Below are positions 47,060-58,000 of a stretch of DNA of 64,000 nucleotides, piece after piece. Below the pieces are notes generated by a model. That model was not told the origin of the DNA. It made no database searches and was given only the letters and a program-made list of their open reading frames with translations. This DNA comes from a virus (Duplodnaviria; Caudoviricetes), in IMG/VR virus record IMGVR_UViG_2675903370_000001, positions 466 to 64,465 of that record. The stretch is one strand, 5' to 3'. The position numbers and the translations under genes are program-made. Position 1 is the stretch's first letter; every line of letters starts with the position of its first letter.

Positions 47060-47130
47060 TTCGCCCATTGGGCAAACCCAGAACCCGCCATTGAGCGGGT
47101 TTTGTCATTTCTGCACAGAGGAAAACCAAC

Positions 47131-47787
47131 ATGGGCTTCAGACTCCCCAACGGCGCAACCCTTCAGATCGCCTCCGCATATGGCGCGGCAATCCCGGTAA
47201 CTGCGCTGAGCAATGCAAATCCAGCTGTTGCCACTGCCGCTGCGCATGGCCTGGCTGACGGTGACATCATCGCCGTAACGTCGGGCTGGACTCGCCTGAA
47301 TGATCGAGCTGCTCGCGTCGATAACAGCCTGAGTGGCACATTCGCGCTGGAGAAGATCAACACCGTCAATGTGCAGCCTTATCCAGCTGGTTCCGGCATT
47401 GGCTCGGTGCGCGAGGTCACGTCGTTCGTCGAGATCTCGCAGATCACTGATCTGGCATCGAGCGGGGGCGATCAGCAGTTCGCGACCTTTGGGTTTTTGG
47501 CTGAGGATGACGACCACCAACTTCCTACGTCCAAGAGCCCCGTCAGCATGGCGGTAACCGTCGCCGATGATCCGGCGCAACCGTATGTGCCCGTGGTCGA
47601 GGCTGCCGATGATGACAAGCAGACGCGAGTGCTTCGTTTAAATCTTCCGAATGGCGACAGCATTCTCTACAACGCCTACGTTTCCATCACATCGACGCCC
47701 ACCCTCACGAAAGGCAGCATCATGACTCGCGTCATCAGTGTTTCGCTCGCTGGCCGCCCAACACGTTACTCGGCAGTGGTGGCGTAA
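47131..47787 (+). CDS. Major tail tube protein
   Basis: LPNGA, ALSNANPAVAT, SGGDQQF. Confidence 0.85.
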   Translation: MGFRLPNGATLQIASAYGAAIPVTALSNANPAVATAAAHGLADGDIIAVTSGWTRLNDRAARVDNSLSGTFALEKINTVNVQPYPAGSGIGSVREVTSFVEISQITDLASSGGDQQFATFGFLAEDDDHQLPTSKSPVSMAVTVADDPAQPYVPVVEAADDDKQTRVLRLNLPNGDSILYNAYVSITSTPTLTKGSIMTRVISVSLAGRPTRYSAVVA

Positions 47788-47790
47788 CCC

Positions 47791-48174
47791 ATGGCCAAGA
47801 TCAAGATCGCTCAAAACCCGACGTTCAAAGCGCCGGTTATGATCCCTCGCATCGGCGAAGCCGCGGTGAAGGTGGACTTCGAATTCAAATACATGGACCG
47901 CACGGAGCTAGCCGAGATGTTCGGCCGCTGGAATAAGGCGCGTGCTGAGCTGAATTCCAGGCACACCGACGACGGCATCACCTGGCAGGAAGTGACCGCG
48001 TCCGAGATCGCGCTGCAGGTCGAGCAGATCAAGGACGTCGTGACCGGCTGGACCTTCGACGACAAGTTCACCGATGAGGCTGTAGCCGCACTGGTGACCA
48101 CTTGCGTTGGCGCGCCTCAGGCAGTGATCGACGCATACCAGTCGGCCTACGACCCAGCACGCCTGGGAAACTGA
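47791..48174 (+). CDS. Tail assembly chaperone (G-like)
   Basis: NPTFKA.V.IP, VTGW; ends in slippery site. Confidence 0.85.
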   Translation: MAKIKIAQNPTFKAPVMIPRIGEAAVKVDFEFKYMDRTELAEMFGRWNKARAELNSRHTDDGITWQEVTASEIALQVEQIKDVVTGWTFDDKFTDEAVAALVTTCVGAPQAVIDAYQSAYDPARLGN

Positions 48175-48485
48175 AGGCGGCGGCCCGGGCCCTGTATGAG
48201 CCTGGTCCGTCGGAGCAGGAGCTCGCCGCTTTTGGCATGACGCTGGCTGACATCCCCGTCGAAGAGGTCGAGGTCTGGCCTGACTCATGGAAGGCCTTTC
48301 GCCTCTTCGAATCGCTCTCTACGCAGTGGCGAACCGGGCCGGGTGGCGCTTCCGGCCTTGATTACTCCGCCATCCCCGCCACGGCGCACATGGTGGGCAT
48401 CAAACGGCACGAACTGCCTAGCATCTTTTCCGACCTCCGCACGCTGGAAGTCGAAGCATTGCTCGTGATGAGCGAATCGAAATAA
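48165..48485 (+). other. -1 programmed frameshift G GGA AAC (48165-48171) into T-like chaperone frame ending 48485
   Basis: X XXY YYZ heptamer before TGA; -1 frame open with TQWR...GLDYSA. Confidence 0.85.
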
Positions 48486-48495
48486 CGGAGCGCTC

Positions 48496-51400
48496 ATGAC
48501 GACCATTGCAGAACTCGGGATCAAGGTTGATTCCGGCGATGCCGCGCAGGCCGCTACCGATCTGGACAAACTGGCCGCCGCTGGTGCGCGGGCAGAGAAG
48601 GCTGCTGATGGGGTTTCCTCGGGCTTTGACAAAGCGACGTCAGCAGCATCGGGCCTGTCAACGGCGGAGGGAAAGCTCAACGAAACAACGGACCAGGCGA
48701 TCGCTCGCCTCACAGCGATGGCCAAGGCCTCGCTGGATTCGAGCGAGTACTACCAGCGCCTGACAACCAGTGTCACCGGAAACACGGCGGCTGTGGACGC
48801 CTCAAGCTCTTCTGCCAGCAGCCTGGCAGCGCTTCGGCGTCGATTGCAGGCTGATTCTGATGCCTTGGTGGGGTCGACCGACCAACTTGCTGAATCGACG
48901 AAAAAGGCAGCGGCTGCTACCGGCATTGAGGCTGAAGGGCTTCAAGCGCTGCTGGGTAAAATCAACCCTACGCTGACAGCGCTCGGCAAACTTGATGAGC
49001 AGCAGGCACAACTGCAGAAATACAAGAACGCCGGGCTCATCGATGCCGATACGTTCAAGGAGTACTCGACCCGGATTGACGCGTCCCGTCAGAAGCTTGG
49101 TGATTTCAGTGAGACGCTCAAAAAAACCACCTCATCGTCGGCTCAAACTGAGCAGGCGCTGAAGCAGCTGCCCGAGCAATTTACCGACATCTTCACCAGT
49201 ATCATCGCGGGACAAAGCCCGCTGCTGGTTTTGCTGCAGCAGGGCGGGCAGATCAAGGATTCGTTCGGCGGTATCGGGCCAACGCTCGATGTGCTGGGCA
49301 GCAAGATCAAATCCATCCTCGGTATTGGTGGGACGGTTGGTGCGGTAGGTGAGGCGTTCGAGAGTGTTGGTACTGGTGCCAAAGCAGCAGCCGATGGAGC
49401 TGAAGCGGCAGGTGAAGGCCTGGGTGCCATGGCCGAGGGTGCAAACACGGCCGCTGACGCTGCGAAGAATGCCAAGGAGGCTGCTGGAGCGCTGAACTCT
49501 GCAACTCCACCCCTCACCGCTGGGTTTGGTCTTGTAGTCGGTGGCGCGGTTGCTGCTGCCGCAGCTATCGGTACGTTGATCTACGGCTACAGCCAGGGCA
49601 CTAAGGAAACTGACAACTTCAGCAAGGCGCTGATTCTGACAGGCAACGTCGCAGGCACTACTTCCGGCAATCTGTCGGTAATGGCGCGACAAGTGGCGGC
49701 GGTCAACGGGACTATTGGCGAGGCGGCTGCATCCCTCGCACAGATCGCGAGCAGCGGAAGTATTGCCAGCGGCAGTTTCAAGACTGTGGCCGATGCCGCT
49801 GCGGCAATGGAGGATGCAACGGGCAAGTCAGTTGAGAAGACCGTCGCTGAGTTTGCCAAAATCGGAAAGGACCCTGTTGCTGCCGCAAAGGATCTGAACG
49901 ACCAGTACAATTTCCTTACTGCGTCCGTTTATTCTCAGATCGTAGCGCTGAAAGAGCAGGGCGACACCATTGGCGCTGCCAAGCTGCTGACCGACTCCTA
50001 TGCCGATGCGATAAATGACCGGTCAGGTGAGATCACAAAGAATCTCGGCCTATGGGAGCGTGGATGGAAGGCTGTAGGTGACTCGGCAAAAGCAACGCTC
50101 GACTCGGTCAAGAACATTGGCAGAGAGCAGGACGATGCGCAGAAAATAGTCGCACTGCAGCAGAAGGCTGCCTATGCCCAAAGCCAGCTAAATTACGATC
50201 CAACAGACACCGATGCGGCTCAGCGCCTCAGCACCGCGAAGCAGGAACTGGCTTTCCTTACCCAGCAGCGCGAAACACAGGCGGCGATCGCAGCCGCCAA
50301 GGGTAACGAGGCGCAGCGCCAGAAAGAGGGTATTGCTGCCGAGCAGCGTCTCAAGCTGATCAGTGATTCCAACCTCACCAACGCTGAGAAGCGCGACAAG
50401 CTGACTAAAGCCTACCTGCGCGATGTTGAGGTGCTGAAGAAGGCCAACCCGGACGACCCTAAAGTCCAGTCTGACTATGTCGCCAAGACCCTGCAAAACA
50501 TCAAGGACAAAAACAAAGACCCTGCCAAACCTGCTACAGCGATCGACCTGACTGCATTCAACGCTGCGCAAAATCAGCTGAAGTCGATCACCGGTTATTA
50601 CGACGGCATCCAGAAGGAGCTGGAGGCATCGCAGAAAGCCGGGCTGGTATCGGCAGAGTCCTATGCCAGTCAGCGCGCGGCGATTATTGAGCAGCAGAAG
50701 GGTGATGTATCGTCGGCTTATGAAGCAGAGATAGCAGCACTGGAAGCCGCTAAGGGAAAGGCCTCCGCCAGCGCTGAGCAGCGCATCCAGCTTGATCAGA
50801 AGATCGCCGACGCTCGCACCTCGATGGTGGAGGCGCAGAAGAAAGCTGACAGCGAACTGTCTGTACTCGCTACCAGTGAAATAGGCAGGCTCAAAAAGCA
50901 AGAGCTGGCTGTTTCGACCTACACCAGCGCTTTGGAGCAGCAGGTCAAAACGCTGCGCCAACAGGGGCAGCGCTCTGCTGCAACGCTTGGCATGGGCGAT
51001 CGCCAGCGTGGACTGACGGACCAGCAAAACTCCGTAGATGACCGGATTAACCAGCAGAAGGTCGAGCTGGCCAACCAATACGGTGATGGCTCTCGGGGGA
51101 TGAGCCTCGACGAGTACAACCTGAAGCTGGCAGCGCTCAACAAGAACCAGCAGGATCTGCGCGACACGGTTCAGTCCAACTACGACGACATGACGGTTGC
51201 CCAAAACAGCTGGAGCTCAGGAGCCTCGTCTGCGTTCCAGGACTATTTGGAACAGGCCAGAGATGTCGCTGGACAAACAAAAACTCTATTCACGAATGCC
51301 TTTGACAGCATGGATGACTCTCTGGCGAATTTTGTCATATCAGGGAAATTTTCGTTTTCTGATCTCACAAAGTCCATTTTGTCCGACATGGCTCGTATCG

Positions 51401-51969
51401 CAACGCGCCAGGCCAGTTCCGCTTTGCTCGGGAGCCTTTTCGGGGCAGCTACAAGCTACTTTAGCGGTGGAGCATCAGCAGCTACCTCCTTTGGTTCTGC
51501 GGCGGGGTCTACAGCCGCTGGCTACAGCGATGCAGCTCTAAGCAGTTGGTCTGGTATAGCTCAAGCCAAAGGCGGAGCGTGGTCCAGCGGCGTGCAGATG
51601 TTCGCTAATGGTGCTGCGTTCACCAACAGTATCGTCAGCAAACCGACGGCGTTTGGTATGGCTGGTGGAGGTGTGGGAGTGATGGGCGAGGCGGGTGACG
51701 AAGCGATCATGCCGCTCACCCGCACTGCCGGTGGCCAGCTCGGCGTCCGCGCGCTGGGCGGGGCCGGCAGCAGCGGAAGCAACACCTACAACTTCCCTGT
51801 TTCGGTCTCCGTTCAAACATCTGGCGACTCGGGCGGCGCAAGCACACAGGAAGCGTCCACACAGCTCGGCAAAGGCATTCAGCAGGCGGCAAAAACCGAG
51901 GCCGAGACTGCAATCGCTCGCGCGCTGCAACCTGGTGGTTCTATCTGGAGGCTCACAAATGGCAGGTAG
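48496..51969 (+). CDS. Tape measure protein
   Basis: 1157 aa Ala-rich; LQQGGQIKD, MGEAGDEAIMPL. Confidence 0.95.
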   Translation: MTTIAELGIKVDSGDAAQAATDLDKLAAAGARAEKAADGVSSGFDKATSAASGLSTAEGKLNETTDQAIARLTAMAKASLDSSEYYQRLTTSVTGNTAAVDASSSSASSLAALRRRLQADSDALVGSTDQLAESTKKAAAATGIEAEGLQALLGKINPTLTALGKLDEQQAQLQKYKNAGLIDADTFKEYSTRIDASRQKLGDFSETLKKTTSSSAQTEQALKQLPEQFTDIFTSIIAGQSPLLVLLQQGGQIKDSFGGIGPTLDVLGSKIKSILGIGGTVGAVGEAFESVGTGAKAAADGAEAAGEGLGAMAEGANTAADAAKNAKEAAGALNSATPPLTAGFGLVVGGAVAAAAAIGTLIYGYSQGTKETDNFSKALILTGNVAGTTSGNLSVMARQVAAVNGTIGEAAASLAQIASSGSIASGSFKTVADAAAAMEDATGKSVEKTVAEFAKIGKDPVAAAKDLNDQYNFLTASVYSQIVALKEQGDTIGAAKLLTDSYADAINDRSGEITKNLGLWERGWKAVGDSAKATLDSVKNIGREQDDAQKIVALQQKAAYAQSQLNYDPTDTDAAQRLSTAKQELAFLTQQRETQAAIAAAKGNEAQRQKEGIAAEQRLKLISDSNLTNAEKRDKLTKAYLRDVEVLKKANPDDPKVQSDYVAKTLQNIKDKNKDPAKPATAIDLTAFNAAQNQLKSITGYYDGIQKELEASQKAGLVSAESYASQRAAIIEQQKGDVSSAYEAEIAALEAAKGKASASAEQRIQLDQKIADARTSMVEAQKKADSELSVLATSEIGRLKKQELAVSTYTSALEQQVKTLRQQGQRSAATLGMGDRQRGLTDQQNSVDDRINQQKVELANQYGDGSRGMSLDEYNLKLAALNKNQQDLRDTVQSNYDDMTVAQNSWSSGASSAFQDYLEQARDVAGQTKTLFTNAFDSMDDSLANFVISGKFSFSDLTKSILSDMARIATRQASSALLGSLFGAATSYFSGGASAATSFGSAAGSTAAGYSDAALSSWSGIAQAKGGAWSSGVQMFANGAAFTNSIVSKPTAFGMAGGGVGVMGEAGDEAIMPLTRTAGGQLGVRALGGAGSSGSNTYNFPVSVSVQTSGDSGGASTQEASTQLGKGIQQAAKTEAETAIARALQPGGSIWRLTNGR

Positions 51970-51971
51970 TT

Positions 51972-52310
51972 ATGGCGATTGAAACCTTTACCTGGCCAAC
52001 CCAGCACGGAGACGCGCCCGATATCACCTATCGGGTGCGCACCTCTCAGTTCGGCAACGGCTACAAGCAGGACGTCGGCGACGGGCCGAATAACAAGGAG
52101 GACTCATACCCGATCACCTTCACGGGCACGAAGGACAGGGTCCTGAAGATCATGGAGTTCCTCGACAAGCACGCCGGAGCGAAAGCGTTCCTCTGGACCA
52201 CGCCGCTCGGACAGCTGGGTCTGTTCACCTGCAAAAACCCAGTGCCCACCCCAATGGGGGGCAACGTATTCAAATTGACGGCCACGTTCGACCGGGCCTT
52301 CCACCCTTAA
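51972..52310 (+). CDS. Minor tail protein M-like
   Basis: QFGNGYKQ, FLDKHAGAKAFLWT. Confidence 0.88.
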   Translation: MAIETFTWPTQHGDAPDITYRVRTSQFGNGYKQDVGDGPNNKEDSYPITFTGTKDRVLKIMEFLDKHAGAKAFLWTTPLGQLGLFTCKNPVPTPMGGNVFKLTATFDRAFHP

Positions 52311-52319
52311 GGACATATC

Positions 52320-53069
52320 ATGCCGTTGATTGCTGACATCCAGGCGCTTGAGCCAGGCAGCGAAGTGTTGCTGTTTGAGCTCGATGGGTCTGAGTACGGC
52401 GCGGATATTTTGCGCTTCCATGGTCATGCCATCCCGCACACTGCCGCTGAACTGATAGCCGTCGGCCTTGAAGCTGATCAACTGCCCGCCAAATCAATCT
52501 GGTGGCAAGGCAATGAGTATGGGGCCTGGCCAATGCAGATTGACGGCATTGAAGCGAATGGCGACGGTACGGCAGTTCGACCCACGCTTTCCGTGGGCAA
52601 CGTCAACGGGCGCATCACGGCGCTTTGCCTGGCATTTGAGGATTTGCTCGAGTTCAAGCTGACGATGCGGCATACGCTCGGCAGGTATCTGGATGCCGAG
52701 AACTTCCCTGGCGGCAACCCCGACGCCGATCCTACTCAGGAATCTATCGAGGTCTGGTATCTCGATCAGAAAACCAATGAGGACGGTGAAACGGTCAGTT
52801 GGGAGTTGGCCAGCCCGGGCGACGTCGGCGGCGAATCGATTGGCCGGCAGATGACCACGCTTTGTCACTGGTGCCTCACTGGTGGATATCGCGGGCCAAA
52901 CTGCGGCTACACCGGGCCATACGTCGACAAGGACGGTCAGCCCACCGATAACCCTGAACTTGATGTCTGCGATGCCACGCTGACGCGCGGCTGCACGCCG
53001 CGCTTCGGGGCTGGCAACGAAGTACCCTTTGGCGGTTTCCCCGCCGTCTCCCTGATCGCTCGGAGCTGA
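52320..53069 (+). CDS. Minor tail protein L-like
   Basis: C.W, YRGPNCGY, C....C..RFG, FGGFP. Confidence 0.9.
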   Translation: MPLIADIQALEPGSEVLLFELDGSEYGADILRFHGHAIPHTAAELIAVGLEADQLPAKSIWWQGNEYGAWPMQIDGIEANGDGTAVRPTLSVGNVNGRITALCLAFEDLLEFKLTMRHTLGRYLDAENFPGGNPDADPTQESIEVWYLDQKTNEDGETVSWELASPGDVGGESIGRQMTTLCHWCLTGGYRGPNCGYTGPYVDKDGQPTDNPELDVCDATLTRGCTPRFGAGNEVPFGGFPAVSLIARS

Positions 53070-53071
53070 CC

Positions 53072-53830
53072 ATGCTGAAATACATTTTGGCGGCCGTGCA
53101 GACGCATGCGGCGGCTGAGTACCCGCGCGAGTGCTGCGGGTTGCTCCTGAGCGTGGGGCGAAAGCAGCAGTACTTTCCTTGCTCCAACGCGGCGACCGAT
53201 CCAAACGAAGAGTTCCGCATCAGCCCCGACGATTACGCTGCTGCGGAAGACCTGGGCGTCATCATCGGAGTTATCCACTCTCACCCCGACGCGACCAGCA
53301 GGCCGTCACCTCGCGACCTGGCGATGTGCGAGGCGACGGCGCTACCTTGGCATATCCTGAGCTGGCCCGAGGGCGACCTGCGGACCATCGTACCGACTGG
53401 TAACACGCCGCTTCTGAAACGCCCGTTCGTGCATGGCGCATGGGACTGCTGGCAGGTCTGCGCCGATTGGTACAAGCGCGAGTTCGGCCTGGAGTTTGAA
53501 GCATTCAATCGCACGGACGGCTGGTGGGAAAGTGCGGACGCGGAAAGCCTGTACGAATCCAATTACGAGACCGCTGGTTTCGTCCAGGTCGATCAGCCTC
53601 AACGCGGCGACATGATCGTGATGGAGGTAGGGCGGACTAAACATCCGAACCACGCTGGCATCTATCTCGGCACCGACGCTTCATTACCTGAAGAGGAAGG
53701 CGGCGTGTTCGGTCCAGGACCTTTCCTGTTGCACCACCTGTACGGAAGACCATCGGAGATCATCGTTTTCGGTGGTCCGTGGCTGGATCGAACGCGCCTT
53801 ATCCTTAGGCATAGTGCTGCAGTAATCTGA
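53072..53830 (+). CDS. Tail protein K-like (JAB + NlpC/P60)
   Basis: ECCG, HSHP, DCW, NHAGIY. Confidence 0.9.
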   Translation: MLKYILAAVQTHAAAEYPRECCGLLLSVGRKQQYFPCSNAATDPNEEFRISPDDYAAAEDLGVIIGVIHSHPDATSRPSPRDLAMCEATALPWHILSWPEGDLRTIVPTGNTPLLKRPFVHGAWDCWQVCADWYKREFGLEFEAFNRTDGWWESADAESLYESNYETAGFVQVDQPQRGDMIVMEVGRTKHPNHAGIYLGTDASLPEEEGGVFGPGPFLLHHLYGRPSEIIVFGGPWLDRTRLILRHSAAVI

Positions 53831-53888
53831 TACGTTCGGTATGCGGTCGATACGATGGTATTCTCTGTCAAAACATGGAGAGTATTTT

Positions 53889-54281
53889 ATGCGCGTTTTT
53901 TTGATGTGTTTTATCCTGATGGTTTCATTGTCGGGGTGCGCCTCGAAGCCAACGCCCGAGCAAATTCAGGCGGCAGACTACGGCGCTTCGGTTTATCAAG
54001 CTGATGCGGAAAAGGCTGTAAGGAATTTCTTTCAAGGTTACTTGAAAGATCCTGAGTCGGCCCGCTACAGCTTCGGATCTGTTTATAGAGGGTATGTGGT
54101 TGGAAGTGTTTTTGAGGGAAGAAAGGTGGAAGGTGGATATCTTCTTGAGGTCGCAGTAAATGCAAAAAATAGCTTTGGCGGATATGTGGGAGCCAGGAAT
54201 TATAGATTTCTGATCAGAAATGAGCGGTTAGTTGGTGGCTGGGATATGGGAACAAGCAATATCCCTGTGAAAATCCTGTAA
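53889..54281 (+). CDS. Lipoprotein cargo gene in tail operon
   Basis: Lipobox LSGC; LKDPESA, NAKNSFGGYVG; AT-richer; followed by terminator 54314-54336. Confidence 0.85.
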   Translation: MRVFLMCFILMVSLSGCASKPTPEQIQAADYGASVYQADAEKAVRNFFQGYLKDPESARYSFGSVYRGYVVGSVFEGRKVEGGYLLEVAVNAKNSFGGYVGARNYRFLIRNERLVGGWDMGTSNIPVKIL

Positions 54282-54352
54282 ACGCTAATCTCAGTAAAAT
54301 CGAGTTAACTCGAAGCCGCCTCCGGGCGGCTTTTTCATGTCCGGAGAAACAC

Positions 54353-54946
54353 ATGGCAGCCATTCACTACTCGCCCATGACCACGATCAAGCTTTCAGGA
54401 GCTCTGGCCCGCAAGTTCGGCAGGGTGCACCGCAGGCAGATCGACTCAGGCCAGACCTGGGAGGTGTTCAAAGCCCTGAAAGCGACACTGGAGGGATTCG
54501 CTGACGAGATCCGACGCCTTGATCGACTCGGCATGCGCTTCGCGATATTCCGCAACGGCAAGAACGTCGGTGAGGACGGTTTTGGCCTGGGCGGATCACG
54601 TGAGGTGCGTGTAGTGCCCGTTATTCATGGCAGCAAGCGAGCCGGTGTGCTCCAGACCGTTTTGGGTGTGGCACTGATCATTGCGTCGTTTTTCGTCGCG
54701 CCCGGCTCTCAGCCTGCGCTCTTGGCGGCAGGTATCGGCTCAGCTGCTGGCGGCGTAATCCAGATGCTCAGCCCCCAGGCCTCCGGACTGAAACAGAGCG
54801 CATCACCGGAAAACTCCCCGTCCTACGCATTCGGCAGCGCCAAGAACACCACGGCCAGCGGCAACCCGGTCCCGATCTGCATCGGCGAGAGGCGTTGGGG
54901 CGGGGCGATCATCTCGGCCTCAATCTACGCCGAAGACAAAACGTAG
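54353..54946 (+). CDS. Tail assembly protein I-like
   Basis: LSG.L..KFG, SYAF, G.PVP...G. Confidence 0.9.
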   Translation: MAAIHYSPMTTIKLSGALARKFGRVHRRQIDSGQTWEVFKALKATLEGFADEIRRLDRLGMRFAIFRNGKNVGEDGFGLGGSREVRVVPVIHGSKRAGVLQTVLGVALIIASFFVAPGSQPALLAAGIGSAAGGVIQMLSPQASGLKQSASPENSPSYAFGSAKNTTASGNPVPICIGERRWGGAIISASIYAEDKT

Positions 54947-55003
54947 CCATATTCGCGAAACCACACCGCCCGAGAGGCGGTTTTTTTATGCCTGGAGAAA
55001 AGT

Positions 55004-58000
55004 ATGGGCGCAGCACTGAAGATCGATATCCACGGTGAAAAAGGCGGCAGCAGCAGTCCGAAGTCGCCGACCGAGGCTTCCGACAGCCTGCGCTCTACCA
55101 ACCTGGCAAAGCTGCTCATCGCGGTAGGCGAGGGCGAGTTTGAAGGCACCCCGACGGCAGCTGATATCTACCTCGACAACACGCCGATCAACGATGCCAG
55201 CGGCAACGTCAATTTCCAAAACGTGAAATGGGAATGGCGCACCGGTTCAGTTGATCAGTCGTACATTCCTGGCATTCCGTCGATCGACAACGAGACGACA
55301 GTCAACGTCGAGCTGCGCAACGACTCTCCGTGGGTGCGCTCGATCACCAACACGCAGCTGTCTGCCGTGCGTGTGCGCTTGGCGTGGCCCGCGCTCCAGA
55401 AGCAAGACGACAACGGTGTAGGCGGCTACCGCATTGAATACGCCATCGACGTGGCCACTGACGGCGGCAGCTACAAGGAGGCACTACTGGAGGCCGTGGA
55501 CGGCAAAACCACCACGCGCTACGAGCGATCGCGCCGCATCGATTTGCCCACCGCGACATCCGGCTGGCAGATCCGCGTCCGCCGCCTGACCGCCAACCAG
55601 AACACTAACAAGATCGCTGACACCATGTTGGTGGCCGGGCTCACAGAAGTCATCGACGCAAAGCTGCGCTACCCGAACACGGCGCTGCTCTACATCGAGT
55701 TTGATGCTGAGCAGTTCACCAACATTCCCGCAGTGACGGTCAAGTGCAAGGCGCGGAAATGGCAGGTGCCGAGCAATTACGATCCGTTCAACCGCACCTA
55801 TTCGGGCGTGTGGGACGGTTCCATGAAAGAGGCATGGACCAATAACCCTGCCTGGGTGACATATGGCGTATGCACTCAAGACCGGTTTGGCCTGGGCAAG
55901 CGCATCAAGCCGTGGATGGTCGACAAGTGGGAGCTGTATCGCATCGCGCAGTACTGCGATCAGGATGTCCCGAATGGAGTCGGCGGCGTAGAGCCTCGCT
56001 TCCTGTGCGATATGAACCTGCAGGGCAAGGCCAATGCCTGGTCGCTGCTGCGCGATATCTCCGGCATTTATCGAGGCATGACCTACTGGGCTCAGGGCCA
56101 GCTGGTTGCGCAAGCCGATATGCCGCGGAGCCAGGACTTCGATTACATCTTCACTCGCGCCAACGTCATCGACGGCAAATTCACCTACGGCAGCGCTTCG
56201 GCGAAGACACGCTACACCCGGGCAATCGTTGGCTACGACAACCCGGACAACAACTACGACACCGACGTTATTACGTTCGCCGACCCTGTGCTGCAGCGCC
56301 GCTTCGGCGACAAGCCGACCGAGCTGACAGCGATCGGCTGCACGCGCGCTTCCGAGGGTCAGCGTCGCGGCAAGTGGGTCGTCATGAGCAACAATCAAGA
56401 CCGTACTGTGAGCTTCAGCACCGGTATGGAAGGCGCGATCCCGCTTCCTGGCTACATCATTCCAGTCGCTGATTCGTTGCTGGCCGGCCGCGAGATCGGC
56501 GGACGTATTTCTGGTGCTGCTGGAAGAGTAGTAACGCTCGATCGCGACACCCTGGCAAAGGCTGGTGACCGCTTGATCGTCAACCTGCCCAGTGGCCAGG
56601 CCGAAGGTCGGACCGTGCAGTCGGTGGCAGGTCGTGAGATCACAGTCACCGTCGCGTACAGCGAGACGCCGACCACGCAACTGCAATGGGCGCTGGATGC
56701 CGATGACCTAGCTATCCCTCTGTACCGGGTGCTGAGCGTGAAGCGCAGTGCGGGAGGCGAGTACGCAATTACCGCTCTTCAGTATGAGCCGAGCAAGTTC
56801 AGCTACATCGACACCGGTGCCCGGCTGGAAGAGCGTCCGATCAGCGTCATTCCGATTACAGTCGTTGCATCGCCTGCCAGCGTTTCGCTGGCGTCAACGA
56901 CGGCGATCGCGCAAGGCCTGGCCGTTACAACGATGACCATCAGCTGGCCAGCAGTGGCCGGCGCCGTGGCTTATGACGTCGAGTGGCGCAAGGACAGCGG
57001 CAACTGGATCAAGGTGCAGCGCACCGGCTCCACTAGCGTCGACATCACTGGCATCTATGCCGGTGCCTATCTCGCCCGCGTGCGTGCCGTCAGCGCCTAT
57101 GACATCTCGTCGAGCTGGCGGAATTCGATCCTGGCGCAGCTCAAGGGGAAAGAGGGCCTACCGCCTGCCGTCACGTCGCTGACTGCGGCGTCGCTGATCT
57201 TCGGCATCAATCTTAAGTGGACTTTCCCGCCTGGCGCGGAGGACACACAGCGCACTGAAATTTGGTACAGCCAGACGACCGACCTGGCCAAGGCAACGAA
57301 GCTCAGCGACCTGGCCTACCCGCAGTCGGAACACGTCATGCAGGGGCTGCTGGCGGGCGTGACGTTTTTCTTCTGGGCGCGCCTGGTGGACCGGACCGGT
57401 AACGTGGGGCCGTGGTATCCGACCGGCGCCGGCGTGATGGGCCAGACCAGCAATGATGCTGGGGCGATCCTTGAAATGATCGCCGGGCAGATCACCGAAA
57501 CCGAACTCGGACAGAAGCTGCTGCAAAAAATCGAGCTGATCGAGCAGTTGCAAGACCAGATCAATGCGCTAGACGGACTCAAGGCCTACGACCCATACGA
57601 GACATATGAAAAAGGTCAGATGGTCGTGGACGATGGCCGGATCTATCAGGCTGAAAAGGCAGTGCCCAAAGGAACGCCGCCACCGAACGCCGCGTACTGG
57701 GATGACGTCGGAACGCTGCTAGAGACGGCCAACGGCTTGGCTGCTCAGGTTCAGACCCACACTACCGAAATCAATGAGTTGAATGGCGTCGTCACTGCCC
57801 AGGCGTCGAATATGCAGGCGCTGCGGGCCGCGTATCGTGAGGATGACGGAGAGGGCGCGCTGGCGGATGCGCTGAAGGGCTACAACAGCGCGGCCAGCAT
57901 TGTTCAGGAGGCTGTTACCCGAGCCGCTCAGAACGAAGCCACGGCACGAACAATAACGCAACTGACGGCCACGGTGAGTGCAAACACCAGCCAGGTCACT

